This document shows positions 9,930 to 20,556 of a stretch of 64,000 nucleotides of DNA, piece after piece. Below the pieces are notes generated by a model that saw only the letters and a list, made by a program, of their open reading frames with translations, was not told where the DNA came from and searched no databases. The first letter of the stretch is position 1. Every line of letters starts with the position of its first letter. This DNA is from an uncultured Planctomycetota bacterium. GTDB taxonomy: Bacteria > Planctomycetota > Planctomycetia > Pirellulales > Lacipirellulaceae. Both the position numbers and the translations under genes were made by a program. Where the stretch lies: assembly GCA_963719315.1 (NCBI GenBank), contig CAVRBU010000004.1:352001-416000 (forward strand), in the 5' to 3' direction.

Positions 9930-10650
9930 CTAGATTCGATTTTTGGCCGGCGCTCGGCCGCGGGGGATTGTGAACAACCCCAGAATGGCAGGCAGAACTA
10001 ATACGAGCGATCCTGGCTCGGGAATGGCGGGGGAAACGCTGGACCCAGAGGGTATCCCACCAGTGGCAGCCGAACCGGAGCCGGCCGTTTGGCCGAAGTG
10101 GGGCGCGCCATTGGTTGTACTACGCCGTGCCGATGGTGCCGCCGATGGGATCGTTGGCGAGCGCTTTGTTGGTTCCCTGGTTCTTGCGCCAGACGATGTA
10201 GTCGGCGGCGGCGGCGGCGCCGTTCTGGTTGTAGTCTAGCATCGTGTCCGCGACCAACTGAACCGTAAACGTGAAATTGACCGTGGCGTTTCCTGCAGGG
10301 CCCAACGAAATTGGAGAACTGAACGATCCATTGACGGGAATCGACAAAGATTCGCTATTGGGTGCGATCGTCAATGAACCCATTCCGCTTCCTGTGCTGG
10401 CAAGGCCAACCAGCGATTGCGTTCCGACGGCAGTAATGGCGCGATAGGCGATACTATCGCCGGTGAAATCGAGCGAGGTGGTCGGGAGGCCAAAATTGCC
10501 CGCGCCGCTGAGAGTTAGGTCATCGCTCATGAAGTCGGCGGCAATGTCGCGGGCAGCGAGGATCACCGTGAAGCTAATAGCGGGAAATGCGGCAGCGGCG
10601 GTAGAATGGCGCCGCTTCGACTCCTCATGAAGTATTTTGTGGAGAGTCAA
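9930..10650 (-). pseudogene. Degenerate dockerin-like/PEP-CTERM protein gene
   Basis: DYNQNGAAAAADYIVWRK..GTIGTA then in-frame TAG, YNQWRA, +1 shift, HFGQTAGSG..AIPEPGSLVLVLPAILGLFTIPRGR; no signal peptide at the 5' end. Confidence 0.7.
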
Positions 10651-10725
10651 CCTTTTTCCAGCTTCTGGGCAAAATCTTTGTCACAGTCCGCCCCAAAGCG
10701 TGGGTAGTTACCTAGGGAGGCCAAC

Positions 10726-11358
10726 GTGCCTGAACCTTCCGCCGATTCTGCTGAAACGCAGCGACTCCTCATGAGAATCACCTCCGGCGACCGCAACGCC
10801 TTCAACGACCTATTCGCCCGCCACCGCGACGACCTGCGGCGCGTGGTGCAACTGCGGCTCGACCGCCGACTGCAAGCTAGGGTCGACGCCTCCGACGTGA
10901 TCCAGGAGACGCAAGTGGAGGCATTTTGCCGCCTCGACGATTACCTGGAGCGCCGGCCGATGCCCTTCGGTTTATGGCTACGCAAGACGGCTCAAGAGCG
11001 AATCTACAATCACCGCCGCGCCCACCTGCAAACGGCTCGCCGATCCGTCCGCCGCGAACAACCGTTTCCCGATCAGTCGTCGATGATGATCGCCGCGCCG
11101 TTTCTCGCAGGTAGTTCGTCGCCCAGTCGCCGCCTGGTGAAAAGCGACCATAAGCGCCTGGTGAGCGAGGCCGTCGCGGAGCTGGCCGACCTCGACCGCG
11201 AGATTCTCCTGATGCGGAACGTCGAGGGTTTGTCGCAGCCGGAGATCGCCCAGGTGCTCGATCTCAGCCACGACGCGGTCCGCAAGCGATACGGCCGGGC
11301 ACTGGTGAAGCTCCAACGACTGCTGGCTGTCAAAGGGCTGACGGGGGACGAGTTATGA
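10726..11358 (+). CDS. ECF RNA polymerase sigma-70 factor, planctomycete kinase-associated type
   Basis: RLDRRLQARVDASDVIQE, FGLWLR, SSSPS, DREILLMRNVEGLSQPEIAQVL..RYGRAL; ggagg RBS; overlaps kinase start (ATGA). Confidence 0.9.
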   Translation: MPEPSADSAETQRLLMRITSGDRNAFNDLFARHRDDLRRVVQLRLDRRLQARVDASDVIQETQVEAFCRLDDYLERRPMPFGLWLRKTAQERIYNHRRAHLQTARRSVRREQPFPDQSSMMIAAPFLAGSSSPSRRLVKSDHKRLVSEAVAELADLDREILLMRNVEGLSQPEIAQVLDLSHDAVRKRYGRALVKLQRLLAVKGLTGDEL

Positions 11359-14300
11359 AAACCGTCGCCGAAAAATCCGCCGTCGATATTGAATCGCTCG
11401 TCGCCGAAGTAGCCGACCGCTTTACCGACGAGGTGAAGCAAGGGCGTTCTCCCAGCATCGAAGAGTATGCGCAGCGCTATCCGGAAATCGCCCATATCAT
11501 CCGGCAACTGTTTCCCACGCTCGCCATGCTCGACGATCTTTCCGCACCCGTGCCAAACGATGCCACTACCAGCTTGTCCAACAGTGCCGAGGCGGATGGC
11601 CACGTCGCCGGCGTGTTGGGCGACTTCCGCATCCTCCGCGAGCTGGGCCGCGGCGGCATGGGCGTGGTGTACGAAACCGAACAGATTTCGCTCGGTCGCC
11701 GGGTCGCTTTGAAGGTCTTGCCCTTTGCCGCGATGCTCGACAAGCAACAGCTTGCCCGCTTCAAGAACGAAGCCCGCGCCGCCGCCACGCTCGATCACCC
11801 CAATATCGTCGCGATCCACTCCGTCGGCGTCGAGCGCGGCGTCCATTACTACGCGATGCAGCTCGTCGAAGGACGTTCCCTCGCCGAAGTTATCGCGGCA
11901 ATGAAACCCGGTCGTCCCCCGTCGTTAGTGGATGCTACTCTATCCCACCCTCTCCCACCGGGAGAGGGCCGGGGTGAGGGTGTCTTTTCCTTCAATCATT
12001 CGACGGCCGGCGACACGGTCAAGGCAGCGCTGCCCACGGTCCACGCCAAGGGCAGCGCTCCCTTTTCCGCACCCCACGCTCCCAGCTCCTCGCTCCCCGC
12101 ATTCTCCTCCTGCGAATACTTCCGCGCCGTCGCCCAGCTTGGCATCCAAGCTGCCGAAGCGCTCGACGCGGCGCACCAAAGCGGCATCCTTCACCGCGAC
12201 ATCAAGCCGGCCAATTTGATGCTCGATGACGCCGGAAAACTGTGGATCACCGACTTCGGCCTCGCCCGCATCGAAGCCGATGCCGCCCTGACGATGACCG
12301 GCGACCTGTTGGGCACGCTTCGTTACATGAGCCCCGAGCAAGGCATGGCCAACCGCGTCGTCGTCGATCACCGTAGCGACATCTACTCGCTGGGAGTCAC
12401 GCTCTATGAGCTACTCACGCTTCGGCCCGTTTACACGGCGGAAAATCGGCATGAGCTGTTGCGGCAAATCGCATTCGACGAGCCACGCAAACCACGCCAG
12501 TTCAATCCCCGCATCCCGCAAGATTTGGAAACGATCGTGCTCAAAGCGATCGAGAAAAATCCGGCCGATCGGTATGCCACGGCTAAGTTCTTTGCCGACG
12601 ACCTGAGGCGATTCATCGCGAACGAACCCATCAAGGCCCGACCTGCGACGGTGCGTCAGCGGGCCGCGAAATGGTCGCGCCGGCATGTTGGCGCCTTGTG
12701 GACAATGTTACTGGGATCGCTATTTACCGCCGTATTTTTCGGCATCGGTGCAGTCCTAATCGCTAAATCGCGAAACGATGCGAACCTGCAACGGGTGGCC
12801 GCGACCACGGAAAAAGACAAAGCGATCGATCAACGGAATCTGGCCGTTGAGGAGCGCAACAAGGCCCGCCTTAACCAATACTACGCGGATATCGTTTCAG
12901 GGCAGTCGGACTGGGAACATAAGAATGTGAGTAGTCTTCGTAGCAAGCTGATGGAACAGTTGCCGACGCTTGGGGAGCCCGACCACCGGGCTTGGGAATG
13001 GTACTACTTGTTGTCGCTCTGCCATCCCGAAGTCCGCACACTGCGCAACGATTATCGGCTTGTATACGCCGCGTGCAGTCCGGACGGCAATTACATCGGC
13101 GCTGGGGGAATAATTTGGAAAAGTGATTCGGGCGAGCGCGTTCGTAGCTTCGAACTCTCACGCACATTGGAGTTTCGCGCCGCTTGGAGTCCTGATGGAC
13201 AAAAATACGCCTGGGGAATGGATAAAGCCCTTTATGTCTGGGATCGCACGACCGACACAGTTGATCGCTTCGCGGGCCACACAGGAAGCGTCTGGAGTAT
13301 CGCTTGGAGCCCCGATGGAATGCAAATTGCGACCGGATCAATTGACCACTCAGCCAAGATCTGGGATGTGGAGACCAAATCAACCGTTCGCACGATTCCT
13401 GCAGGCATGAATGTCATGAGCGTGGCTTGGAGTCCGGACTCAAAACTACTCGTTGCCGGCGTTCACTACACGGGGATAAAGATATGGGATCTGGCTACCG
13501 GCGAGGTCCTTGCCGACTTGCCCGAGTCACATGAATTTCACAGTGTCTCCTGGCATCCTGAAGGTAAGCTCCTTGGCGTCGTTGAAGACGGCCGTTGGTA
13601 TTTGTTAGACCGCGCAAATTGGCACTTGAAGGTTGAGCATCCGCTCTCGCGCGGCGGCCGGGCCATTGCCTGTAGCCCTGATGGGAAGCAGATCGCGGTG
13701 GCGCACGGCGAAACCATCACGATTTGGGATGCCGAAGGAATGCAGCAAATCGCCGAGTTGAATGGTCATAGAATGTCAGTCAACTCGGTAGCCTGGGCGG
13801 GCGACAGCCGCCATCTGGTCACTTCCTCGAACGATGGCGAGATCAAGCTGTGGGACCTCAAGTCTCAAATTCAGCCTCCCGTGATCTCTTTGGATTCGAC
13901 GGTCGATCGGCTCGACTGGCTCCCGGACAACAAGACGCTTGTGGCCGTCAACAAAAAAGAAGGTTCGGATTGCTTTTGGAACATTAGCGATAGCACGTTG
14001 AAAAAGCACACGATTTCGGTCGAGAAGCCAGTCTGTATTAGTGCCAGTCGCCGCCTTGCCGCCCAGCTTGCCGCCAGCCAGCGAGCCATCAAAATTCTCG
14101 ATATCGCAAGCGGCGATACTCGCTCAGTGCTGCGCCTTCGTCCAGAATACAAGCTGCGTTCCTGCGAGTTTTCTCCCGACGAGTCGAAGCTCGCCCTCAT
14201 AACAGCACATGAGCACAAATTCGTTCTTGATTTCTGGGACATCGACACAGAACATCAAATATCATCGTGGAATTTTGAGGGTGTTTCCGGAACATATTTA

Positions 14301-15590
14301 GAACAGCTCACGTGGGTCAAGGATGGCTCGCGAGTGGCCCTCATAGGATTAGGCGACGTTGGCGACGACGGAACGCCTTATTGGGCTGGCCATCTGCATG
14401 TGATCGATGTTCGCGACGGGAAACGGGTGCTTAAACACCGCGCTAGCGGAGAGGTTAGATCTGCTATAGACTGCCTGGCCTGGAGCCCAGACGGAAAATT
14501 CGTGGCCCTTGGGACGCCGCAGGGGCGTGTCGAAGTCGTCGAGCTTAAGTCTCGCCAAGCTGTGTTCAGCACTAAGGTCCAAAATTCCGGAATCCATGCG
14601 ATAGCCTGGCACCCGGACGGAAAGCGTTTGGCATGCGGATCAAATGACGGCAGCGTTACGCTCATCACTTCTTCCGGCGGCCAGCCGCTGCTCACGTATT
14701 CGCTGGCAGATAAAAGCGGGACCACTGTGGCGTGGAGCGCAGATGGCAAGCGACTTGCTGCAGTGACCAAAGGCGGATCGGCCCAAGTATGGGATGCATC
14801 ACGCGGCTTTGAATTCACGGCCGACGGTCGGCGACGGGCCGAATTGGCGCGAGCGTATTACGTTCAGGCAGGGACTCATTCGGGCGAATCCATGACGCTC
14901 GACCTGCAAATGATGCTGGCACTGGCTCCCGATACGCTAGATTTTTGGAATGGCCGAGGGTGGGCATTCGCTCGCCTCGGCGCTTTCAACCACGCTGCGG
15001 AAGAGTTCTCCAAGACCATTTCGGCCAACCCTCGTTACTCATTCATTGTGGCGATCGACCAAGCGCTCTGTCGATTGGCGACCGGTGATTTGGATCGGTA
15101 TAGAACGGTTTGCGCATCCTTGGTCGAGCTCGTCCGCGACAGCCCGGTGCCCTCCAACAAAGGGCATGTCGCTTGGCTCTGTTCGTTGGCGCCGAATGCA
15201 CCGGTGAACTCGAAGGATTTAATCGCCTTTGCGGACCAAAATAGCGCGGTCGATAATGATTCCGACGATCAAGACCTGCTCACCTTCGGCGCCACTCGTT
15301 TCCGCGATCGGCATTTAGACGAAGCTGTTCGAATATTGACCGACCTGTCCATAAAGCTGGATCGAGGCGGCGACACAATCGACCAATACGAGCTGGCATG
15401 TTGCCGATACTTCCTGGCACTGGCGCGGCACGAACTCGGGCAGGACTTTCAAGCCCGCCGTCTTCAGGCGTTGGCAGATCGCGCGTCCGACGAGTATCAA
15501 CAGATATCACCGGATTGGAGAGAAAAAGTCATCTTGAACGCGCTCCGCCGCGAGGTCGAGACCAAGTTAGGCAAGCGCGACAAAGGCTAA
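11355..15590 (+). CDS. Ser/Thr protein kinase with TM segment, WD40 propellers and TPR-like C-terminus
   Basis: ELGRGGMGVVY, VALKVL, HRDIKPAN, DFGLA, YMSPEQ, DIYSLG; many AWSPDG / GH..WD repeats. Confidence 0.92.
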   Translation: MKTVAEKSAVDIESLVAEVADRFTDEVKQGRSPSIEEYAQRYPEIAHIIRQLFPTLAMLDDLSAPVPNDATTSLSNSAEADGHVAGVLGDFRILRELGRGGMGVVYETEQISLGRRVALKVLPFAAMLDKQQLARFKNEARAAATLDHPNIVAIHSVGVERGVHYYAMQLVEGRSLAEVIAAMKPGRPPSLVDATLSHPLPPGEGRGEGVFSFNHSTAGDTVKAALPTVHAKGSAPFSAPHAPSSSLPAFSSCEYFRAVAQLGIQAAEALDAAHQSGILHRDIKPANLMLDDAGKLWITDFGLARIEADAALTMTGDLLGTLRYMSPEQGMANRVVVDHRSDIYSLGVTLYELLTLRPVYTAENRHELLRQIAFDEPRKPRQFNPRIPQDLETIVLKAIEKNPADRYATAKFFADDLRRFIANEPIKARPATVRQRAAKWSRRHVGALWTMLLGSLFTAVFFGIGAVLIAKSRNDANLQRVAATTEKDKAIDQRNLAVEERNKARLNQYYADIVSGQSDWEHKNVSSLRSKLMEQLPTLGEPDHRAWEWYYLLSLCHPEVRTLRNDYRLVYAACSPDGNYIGAGGIIWKSDSGERVRSFELSRTLEFRAAWSPDGQKYAWGMDKALYVWDRTTDTVDRFAGHTGSVWSIAWSPDGMQIATGSIDHSAKIWDVETKSTVRTIPAGMNVMSVAWSPDSKLLVAGVHYTGIKIWDLATGEVLADLPESHEFHSVSWHPEGKLLGVVEDGRWYLLDRANWHLKVEHPLSRGGRAIACSPDGKQIAVAHGETITIWDAEGMQQIAELNGHRMSVNSVAWAGDSRHLVTSSNDGEIKLWDLKSQIQPPVISLDSTVDRLDWLPDNKTLVAVNKKEGSDCFWNISDSTLKKHTISVEKPVCISASRRLAAQLAASQRAIKILDIASGDTRSVLRLRPEYKLRSCEFSPDESKLALITAHEHKFVLDFWDIDTEHQISSWNFEGVSGTYLEQLTWVKDGSRVALIGLGDVGDDGTPYWAGHLHVIDVRDGKRVLKHRASGEVRSAIDCLAWSPDGKFVALGTPQGRVEVVELKSRQAVFSTKVQNSGIHAIAWHPDGKRLACGSNDGSVTLITSSGGQPLLTYSLADKSGTTVAWSADGKRLAAVTKGGSAQVWDASRGFEFTADGRRRAELARAYYVQAGTHSGESMTLDLQMMLALAPDTLDFWNGRGWAFARLGAFNHAAEEFSKTISANPRYSFIVAIDQALCRLATGDLDRYRTVCASLVELVRDSPVPSNKGHVAWLCSLAPNAPVNSKDLIAFADQNSAVDNDSDDQDLLTFGATRFRDRHLDEAVRILTDLSIKLDRGGDTIDQYELACCRYFLALARHELGQDFQARRLQALADRASDEYQQISPDWREKVILNALRREVETKLGKRDKG

Positions 15591-15647
15591 GAGTTCCCAA
15601 AAACTATCATTCGATTACAGGTTATTACAGCAACGAGTCAAAAAATC

Positions 15648-15690
15648 GGCCGGTGAGGCAGAAGCGGGCGAGCAACCTCCTCACCGGCCG
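15648..15690. terminator. GC-rich hairpin with an A-tract on the + strand (T-tract on - strand); probable intrinsic or bidirectional terminator
   Basis: aaaaaatc-ggccggtgagg..cctcaccggcc downstream of the kinase stop. Confidence 0.5.
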
Positions 15691-15756
15691 GGCACAAGCT
15701 CCAGCGGTCGCGTTGCGCCGGGGCCTACTTGTTTTGATTGTACCGCAACGCACGAA

Positions 15757-15939
15757 TTGCATGCAATCGTGATGAACTATTACCAGTCGGGAGACTTGCC
15801 CACTGATTTTCCCGCGGGCGCGAAAGCATTTACCATTCGTGGCCGCTTCGTGCCGGAGCCGTCATCCGTATCGCTCGCGATCGTGATGTTGATCGGCACG
15901 GCACTACGCGGCAATCGCTTGAGTGTAAACCAAAAATGA
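15757..15939 (+). pseudogene. Orphan 3' fragment of a PEP-CTERM gene
   Basis: ..FTIRGRFVPEPSSVSLAIVMLIGTALRGNR with no signal peptide or body. Confidence 0.55.
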
Positions 15940-16002
15940 ACGATTACGATCGCCAACAGATCAAACAACGTATTTGTGATACTTCGAGAAAAGGAGATAG
16001 CA

Positions 16003-18811
16003 ATGCCCCGAAATAACGTGCTCTTCACGAGTCGAACCTTTAGTTCACTATTCCGACGAGGTCGCCTGCGCCGTCAACCGCGGCGGCGGAGTCCATCAGC
16101 CACGCGCGCCAGAGCACGATTCGAAACGCTGGAGGCGCGATTGGCCCTCTCGGTAAACCTGGGATTCGCCGGCGCGTTCGACATCATCGGCGGAAGCGCG
16201 GGCGGCATTTACACCAGTAGCGGACCGAACTCGGGCAAAGGGGACGGATTGGTCACGGACTCGGCCGGAAATCGCTATGTGACCGTCAACGGCGCGTTTC
16301 ATATTAGTAGTTACGATCCATTTGAAGCCAGCGAGAACATAGACCTCGATCCCGGGCCGGGCGTGAACGCTACGAACATGACCGCCGGCCTCGTGAAGCT
16401 CGATCCCAATGGGGCGGTCGTTTGGAAGGCGGCATTTAGCGCGACGGGCGGCGCGGGCGGACCGGTGCGGATCGTTCCTGCCGTCGATGCCAATCAAAAT
16501 GTCTACTTGGTCGGCGATTTCCGCGGCACCGTTGATTTCGACCCCGGCCCGGGCGTGGCCAACGTGACATCGACCGCCAATGGGAACGATTACGCGTTTT
16601 ACATGATGAAGCTGAACAGCTCGGGCCAACTGCAATGGGTCCGTAGCCTCGCGGCTAACGAGCTCACGCCGTTCCGGGTCGACGTGGATGGGGCCGGAAA
16701 TCTCATCGTCGCCTCCAATTTCACGGCCGTGCCGAGTGACCCGCCGATGGACGTCGACGCCGGCCCTGGCCAGTTCCTTGTCCAGGAGAAAGGCGACTAT
16801 GATCTGGTCGTCCTCAAATACAGCACGGATGGCAACTTTGTTTGGGCGCGCCAGTTCGGCAATACGGGGTCATCCCAATACGGCAACGTTCCGACGCTGG
16901 GCGTGAACGCGCAAGGCAACGTCTTCGTCAGCGGCGCGTTCAAAGGAAGCATCGACCTTGACCCGGGGGCGGGCGTGAACACGGTCACCAACAGCGATAC
17001 CACGTTCGACCGTTACTTAGTGCGGCTGGACCCCGCAGGAAATTACGTGTGGGGTTACGCGACGGAGGGCCCCGGGCAAGTTTCGTTTAGAGATATTGCG
17101 TTTCAAGAGGATGGATCGCTCATTCTGGGCGGATTCTTCACCGGCACGACCGACTTTCAGCCTGGGGCTGGAAGCACGTCGCTCACATCGACGGGCACTT
17201 ACTCCAACGGCCTGGTCCTCAAGCTCAATAGCGATTCGTCGGTCGCCTGGGCGCGGCAGTTCGGCGGTTACGGCGAAAATGTTACGGAAGTCGACCTCGA
17301 TGACGCTGGAAACATCTATCTCGGCGGATCATTCGGAAGCATAAGCCAGCCTGGCGCGACGGCCGATTTCGACCCTGGGTCTGGCGTTTACGAACTCGTC
17401 AGGCCGTCAACCTTTGAAACGGCCTATGTGCTCAGTCTTACCAGCGAGGGCGACTTTCGTTGGGCCGTTCCGCTCGGCGGAAACACGGGCCGCAGCCAGG
17501 TCGAAGGGTTGAGCGTCACACCCAACGGCGACGTGCAGATCTCCGGATCGTTTCGAGGAACCGGGGATTTTAATCCTGATCCTGCTTTGGAAACGTGGCT
17601 CGTCAGTACCGGAATAAATCAGACGGTCTTCACCGCCACGCTGACACAAAGCGAACCGAATCCGGGCGCACCGATGGTGGACGCCGGCGAAGGCCAAACC
17701 GTCCTGATCACCGGCACCGCAAACCTCGACGGCACCGTCACCGACGATGGCTTGCCCGGCCCGCTCGTCACGACCTGGAGCCTGCAAAGCGGCGCGGGCA
17801 TAGTCACGTTCGGCAACGCTTCGGCCATCGATACGACGGCGACGTTCAGCACGATCGGCACTTACTTACTGAAGCTCGAAGCGACCGACGGGCAGTTTAC
17901 GACGGCGGACTACGTCCAAATCACGGTGAACCCGCTAACTGCATCGCTAACTGCCACAGCCGATACATACATCGACGGCGGCAGCAAGACCACCAACTTC
18001 GGCGGCTCGACGAATCTCATCGTCGATGGTAAGCCGGATGACGCCACGATCCTGAAATGGGACCTGAGCAGCATTCCGGCCGGCAGCACACTGCAGTCCG
18101 CCGCGCTCTCGATCAACGTAACCAACACGAGCAGCAACTCCTATGAAATCTACGAGGTGAAGCGGAACTGGACGGAATCGCAAGCCACTTGGAAGAAGGC
18201 CGTCAACGGAACCAATTGGCAATCCGCCGGCGCAAGGCGCGCTCGACGCCGGTTCCACCGTGCTGGGCACCATCACGGCAACGGCGACCGGCTTGCGGAC
18301 CATCACGCTCAATGCGGCCGGACTGGCCGTCGTGCAGGGCTGGATCGACAACCAGGCCACGAACTTTGGGTTCATCATTCGAGACTTTGCCAACTCGAAC
18401 AAGGATGACCTGATCTTCGATTCCAAGGAGACGACCGTCGCCGCCAACCGTCCGCAACTCAGCGTAGTCTACAACCCGCCGATGGCACCCCAGTCGCTCA
18501 GGTCGGCTGCAGCAACGGCGAGCGGTACGAGTATTAGCAACGCGTCTGCGCCGCAGTTCGTCCCGACCAGTGCCAGCGGCAAAGCCACCATCGGCTCGAA
18601 GCTCGCGAAAACAGTTTCGCTGGCAGCGACTCAACGCCAGGCGTCCAGCTTGCTGCTGGCGACCGAGCAAGCCTCGAAGCTGCGAAGCGCGTCGGTGGAC
18701 AGTGCCCTCGCAGGCCTCGGTGAGGACACATCGACGGGATGGAGCAAGTCGCTAGACGACGAGTTGCTCCTGGACCTCGCGCTAGCGCAGCCCATGTCAC
18801 TGGCATTGTAA
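16003..18811 (+). CDS. Large exported protein: planctomycete export signal, SBBP-type beta-propeller repeats, PKD/Ig domain, DNRLRE-like domain; frameshift near 18235
   Basis: aaggag RBS; RARFETLEARLALS; repeated VDxxGNxYxxGxFxGTxDFDPGPG; DGTVTDDGLP..TTWS; TADTYIDG..LKWDLSSIP..WTESQATW, continuing in the 18260 frame (VVQGWIDN..NFGFI..DSKE..NRPQL). Confidence 0.75.
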
Positions 18812-19281
18812 GCTTAGGCGAAGTGGACATCCAAAGTCGCCCTTGGAACAATCCGCCGCCAGCGAGCGAGCGCGCCGCTGGCGGCGAGAGCCAGCCAGGG
18901 AACACTATCTTCATTTTTTATGACACGCCGCTATGAAAGTTCCACAATGATCGGGGCTGGATTTGCTCGGCCAGCCCGCGCTTGGCAACTTCAACGTCGA
19001 ACTCGCATTGGTTGGACCGGCCGTCGATCTGCGCACCGGCCAACTCGGGCGGGCATCCGTCCAAATTCAGGCGATCGTATCCCGGATTCTCTGCGTCCAG
19101 GACCATCTGTTTTAGGTGGCCGGGTTCTTGGTCGTGGTTGTCTTCTCCTTAGCCATCATTCATCCTTCCAATCTTCTTCGTTCGAGCAACATCTTCGAGG
19201 TGCGACGATCGCAACGCGACAACTAGGCCCGCTTCGCCAGTTCGAATCTCATCCGCGGAGGAAATCACGTGAGCATGCAAG

Positions 19282-20343
19282 TTAACGTGCCGCGGAAGGT
19301 CTCGCCGTCGAGTTACGAACAATAAGTTCCGCGGGAACCTTAATCGTGGTCGGCGCATCATCATCGGCAATGATGCCATCGATGCGATCCGTGATGAGTT
19401 TGGCCGCAAGTCGGCCAATTTCGTAAGGTTTTTGACGCATTGTCGTGAGTGGCGGACTCATCGTGTCCGCGAAGTCGAGATCCGCGAACCCGAGAATCGA
19501 AATGTTGCTGGGGATCTTCATTCCCAGTTCACTGGCGACCTGGTAGACAAAGGTCGCCTCATGGTCAGAGACCGCAAAGACGGCAGTCGGACGCAGATCG
19601 TCGCCCAGCAACTCGCGCACTACTTCGAGGCCGTTGCTGCCTTGCGCGTTTAGATGCCAGCTCTTCACTTTGGCATCAGTGCAACGTCGCACCGCCTGTT
19701 CGAACGAGCTACGGCGTTTTATCGCCCAAGTTTGCGAAGGCGTTTCGCGGCTGGAGAGACAAGCGATCCGACGATGCCCGAGATTGAGCAGGTGTTCGGC
19801 AATGGCAAACGTCGCCTGTTCCTCGTCCGTTTCTACCGAGTCGGCCACGGACGAATAATGGTCGATTACGGCAACTGGTACGCGGCGTTCGACGAATTCG
19901 GGGAAGTGGTGGTAATAGGCCACGCTGAACGGCGGCCACATGATGAGCCCATCCACGCGGCGGTCCAATAGCCGATTGATCTGCCGCAGGCCTTCTCCTT
20001 CTTCCTTTTCAAAATGCGGCATGTCGCCGAGATTGCCAATCCAGACAGTAATCGGCAGGTAGTCGCATTCCGCGAGTGCGTCGTGAATGCCGGAGAGCAC
20101 GCTCACCCAAAATGAGTCGAAGGGCGGAATCATCACGCCGATCGTCTGGGTCCGGCCCGTTTGCATGCCGTTGACCAACAAGTTTCGACGCCAACCCAAT
20201 TGACGTGAGGCCTCCAAAACGCGGCGACAGGTTTCTTCGCCAAAGCGTTCGCGGTCGCCACGCAGGATACGAGAAGCGGCGGCCAGCGAGACATTGGCCG
20301 CTTTGGCCACGTCTTTCAATCGCGGGACTTGCGAAGTAGCCAT
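19282..20343 (-). CDS. LacI-family transcriptional regulator
   Basis: RLKDVAKAANVSLAAASRIL HTH; HLLNLGHRRIA; PTAVFAVSD; ISILGFAD..SPPLTTMRQ; divergent from the GH130 operon. Confidence 0.93.
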   Translation of the reverse strand: MATSQVPRLKDVAKAANVSLAAASRILRGDRERFGEETCRRVLEASRQLGWRRNLLVNGMQTGRTQTIGVMIPPFDSFWVSVLSGIHDALAECDYLPITVWIGNLGDMPHFEKEEGEGLRQINRLLDRRVDGLIMWPPFSVAYYHHFPEFVERRVPVAVIDHYSSVADSVETDEEQATFAIAEHLLNLGHRRIACLSSRETPSQTWAIKRRSSFEQAVRRCTDAKVKSWHLNAQGSNGLEVVRELLGDDLRPTAVFAVSDHEATFVYQVASELGMKIPSNISILGFADLDFADTMSPPLTTMRQKPYEIGRLAAKLITDRIDGIIADDDAPTTIKVPAELIVRNSTARPSAAR

Positions 20344-20455
20344 TTTTGTCCACACGGAGTCGAGCGTCGCACAGTAGGCCAATGATGCTCACGACGGTCG
20401 GAGAGCAGTCGGTGAGTGGCTCTTTGGTGGTCGTAGACACCCGCGGACCGACTGG

Positions 20456-20469
20456 GTAAACTAGTTTAC
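20456..20469. promoter_or_regulatory. Probable LacI-type operator
   Basis: Perfect palindrome GTAAACTAGTTTAC, extendable to actggg..cccagt, between the divergent regulator and GH130 genes. Confidence 0.65.
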
Positions 20470-20556
20470 ACCCAGTGTTCATTATTCTCTGCCCCGAACC
20501 GATGTCAATTGGACGTGCGGTTTCTACGGACAGAGTCCTGTCCAAAGTCGTAATCC

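Noticed and set aside
10120..10122. In-frame TAG as stop-codon readthrough or recoding
   Set aside because: Accompanied by a frameshift and a missing 5' end; other genes here terminate normally at TAG
15640..15730. Small RNA ending at the minus-strand terminator
   Set aside because: Only hairpins are visible; no promoter or family match, so it is reported just as a terminator
18920..19285. 121-aa ORF between the surface protein and LacI
   Set aside because: Arg/Gly-rich, no RBS or recognisable domain; probably non-coding or decayed DNA
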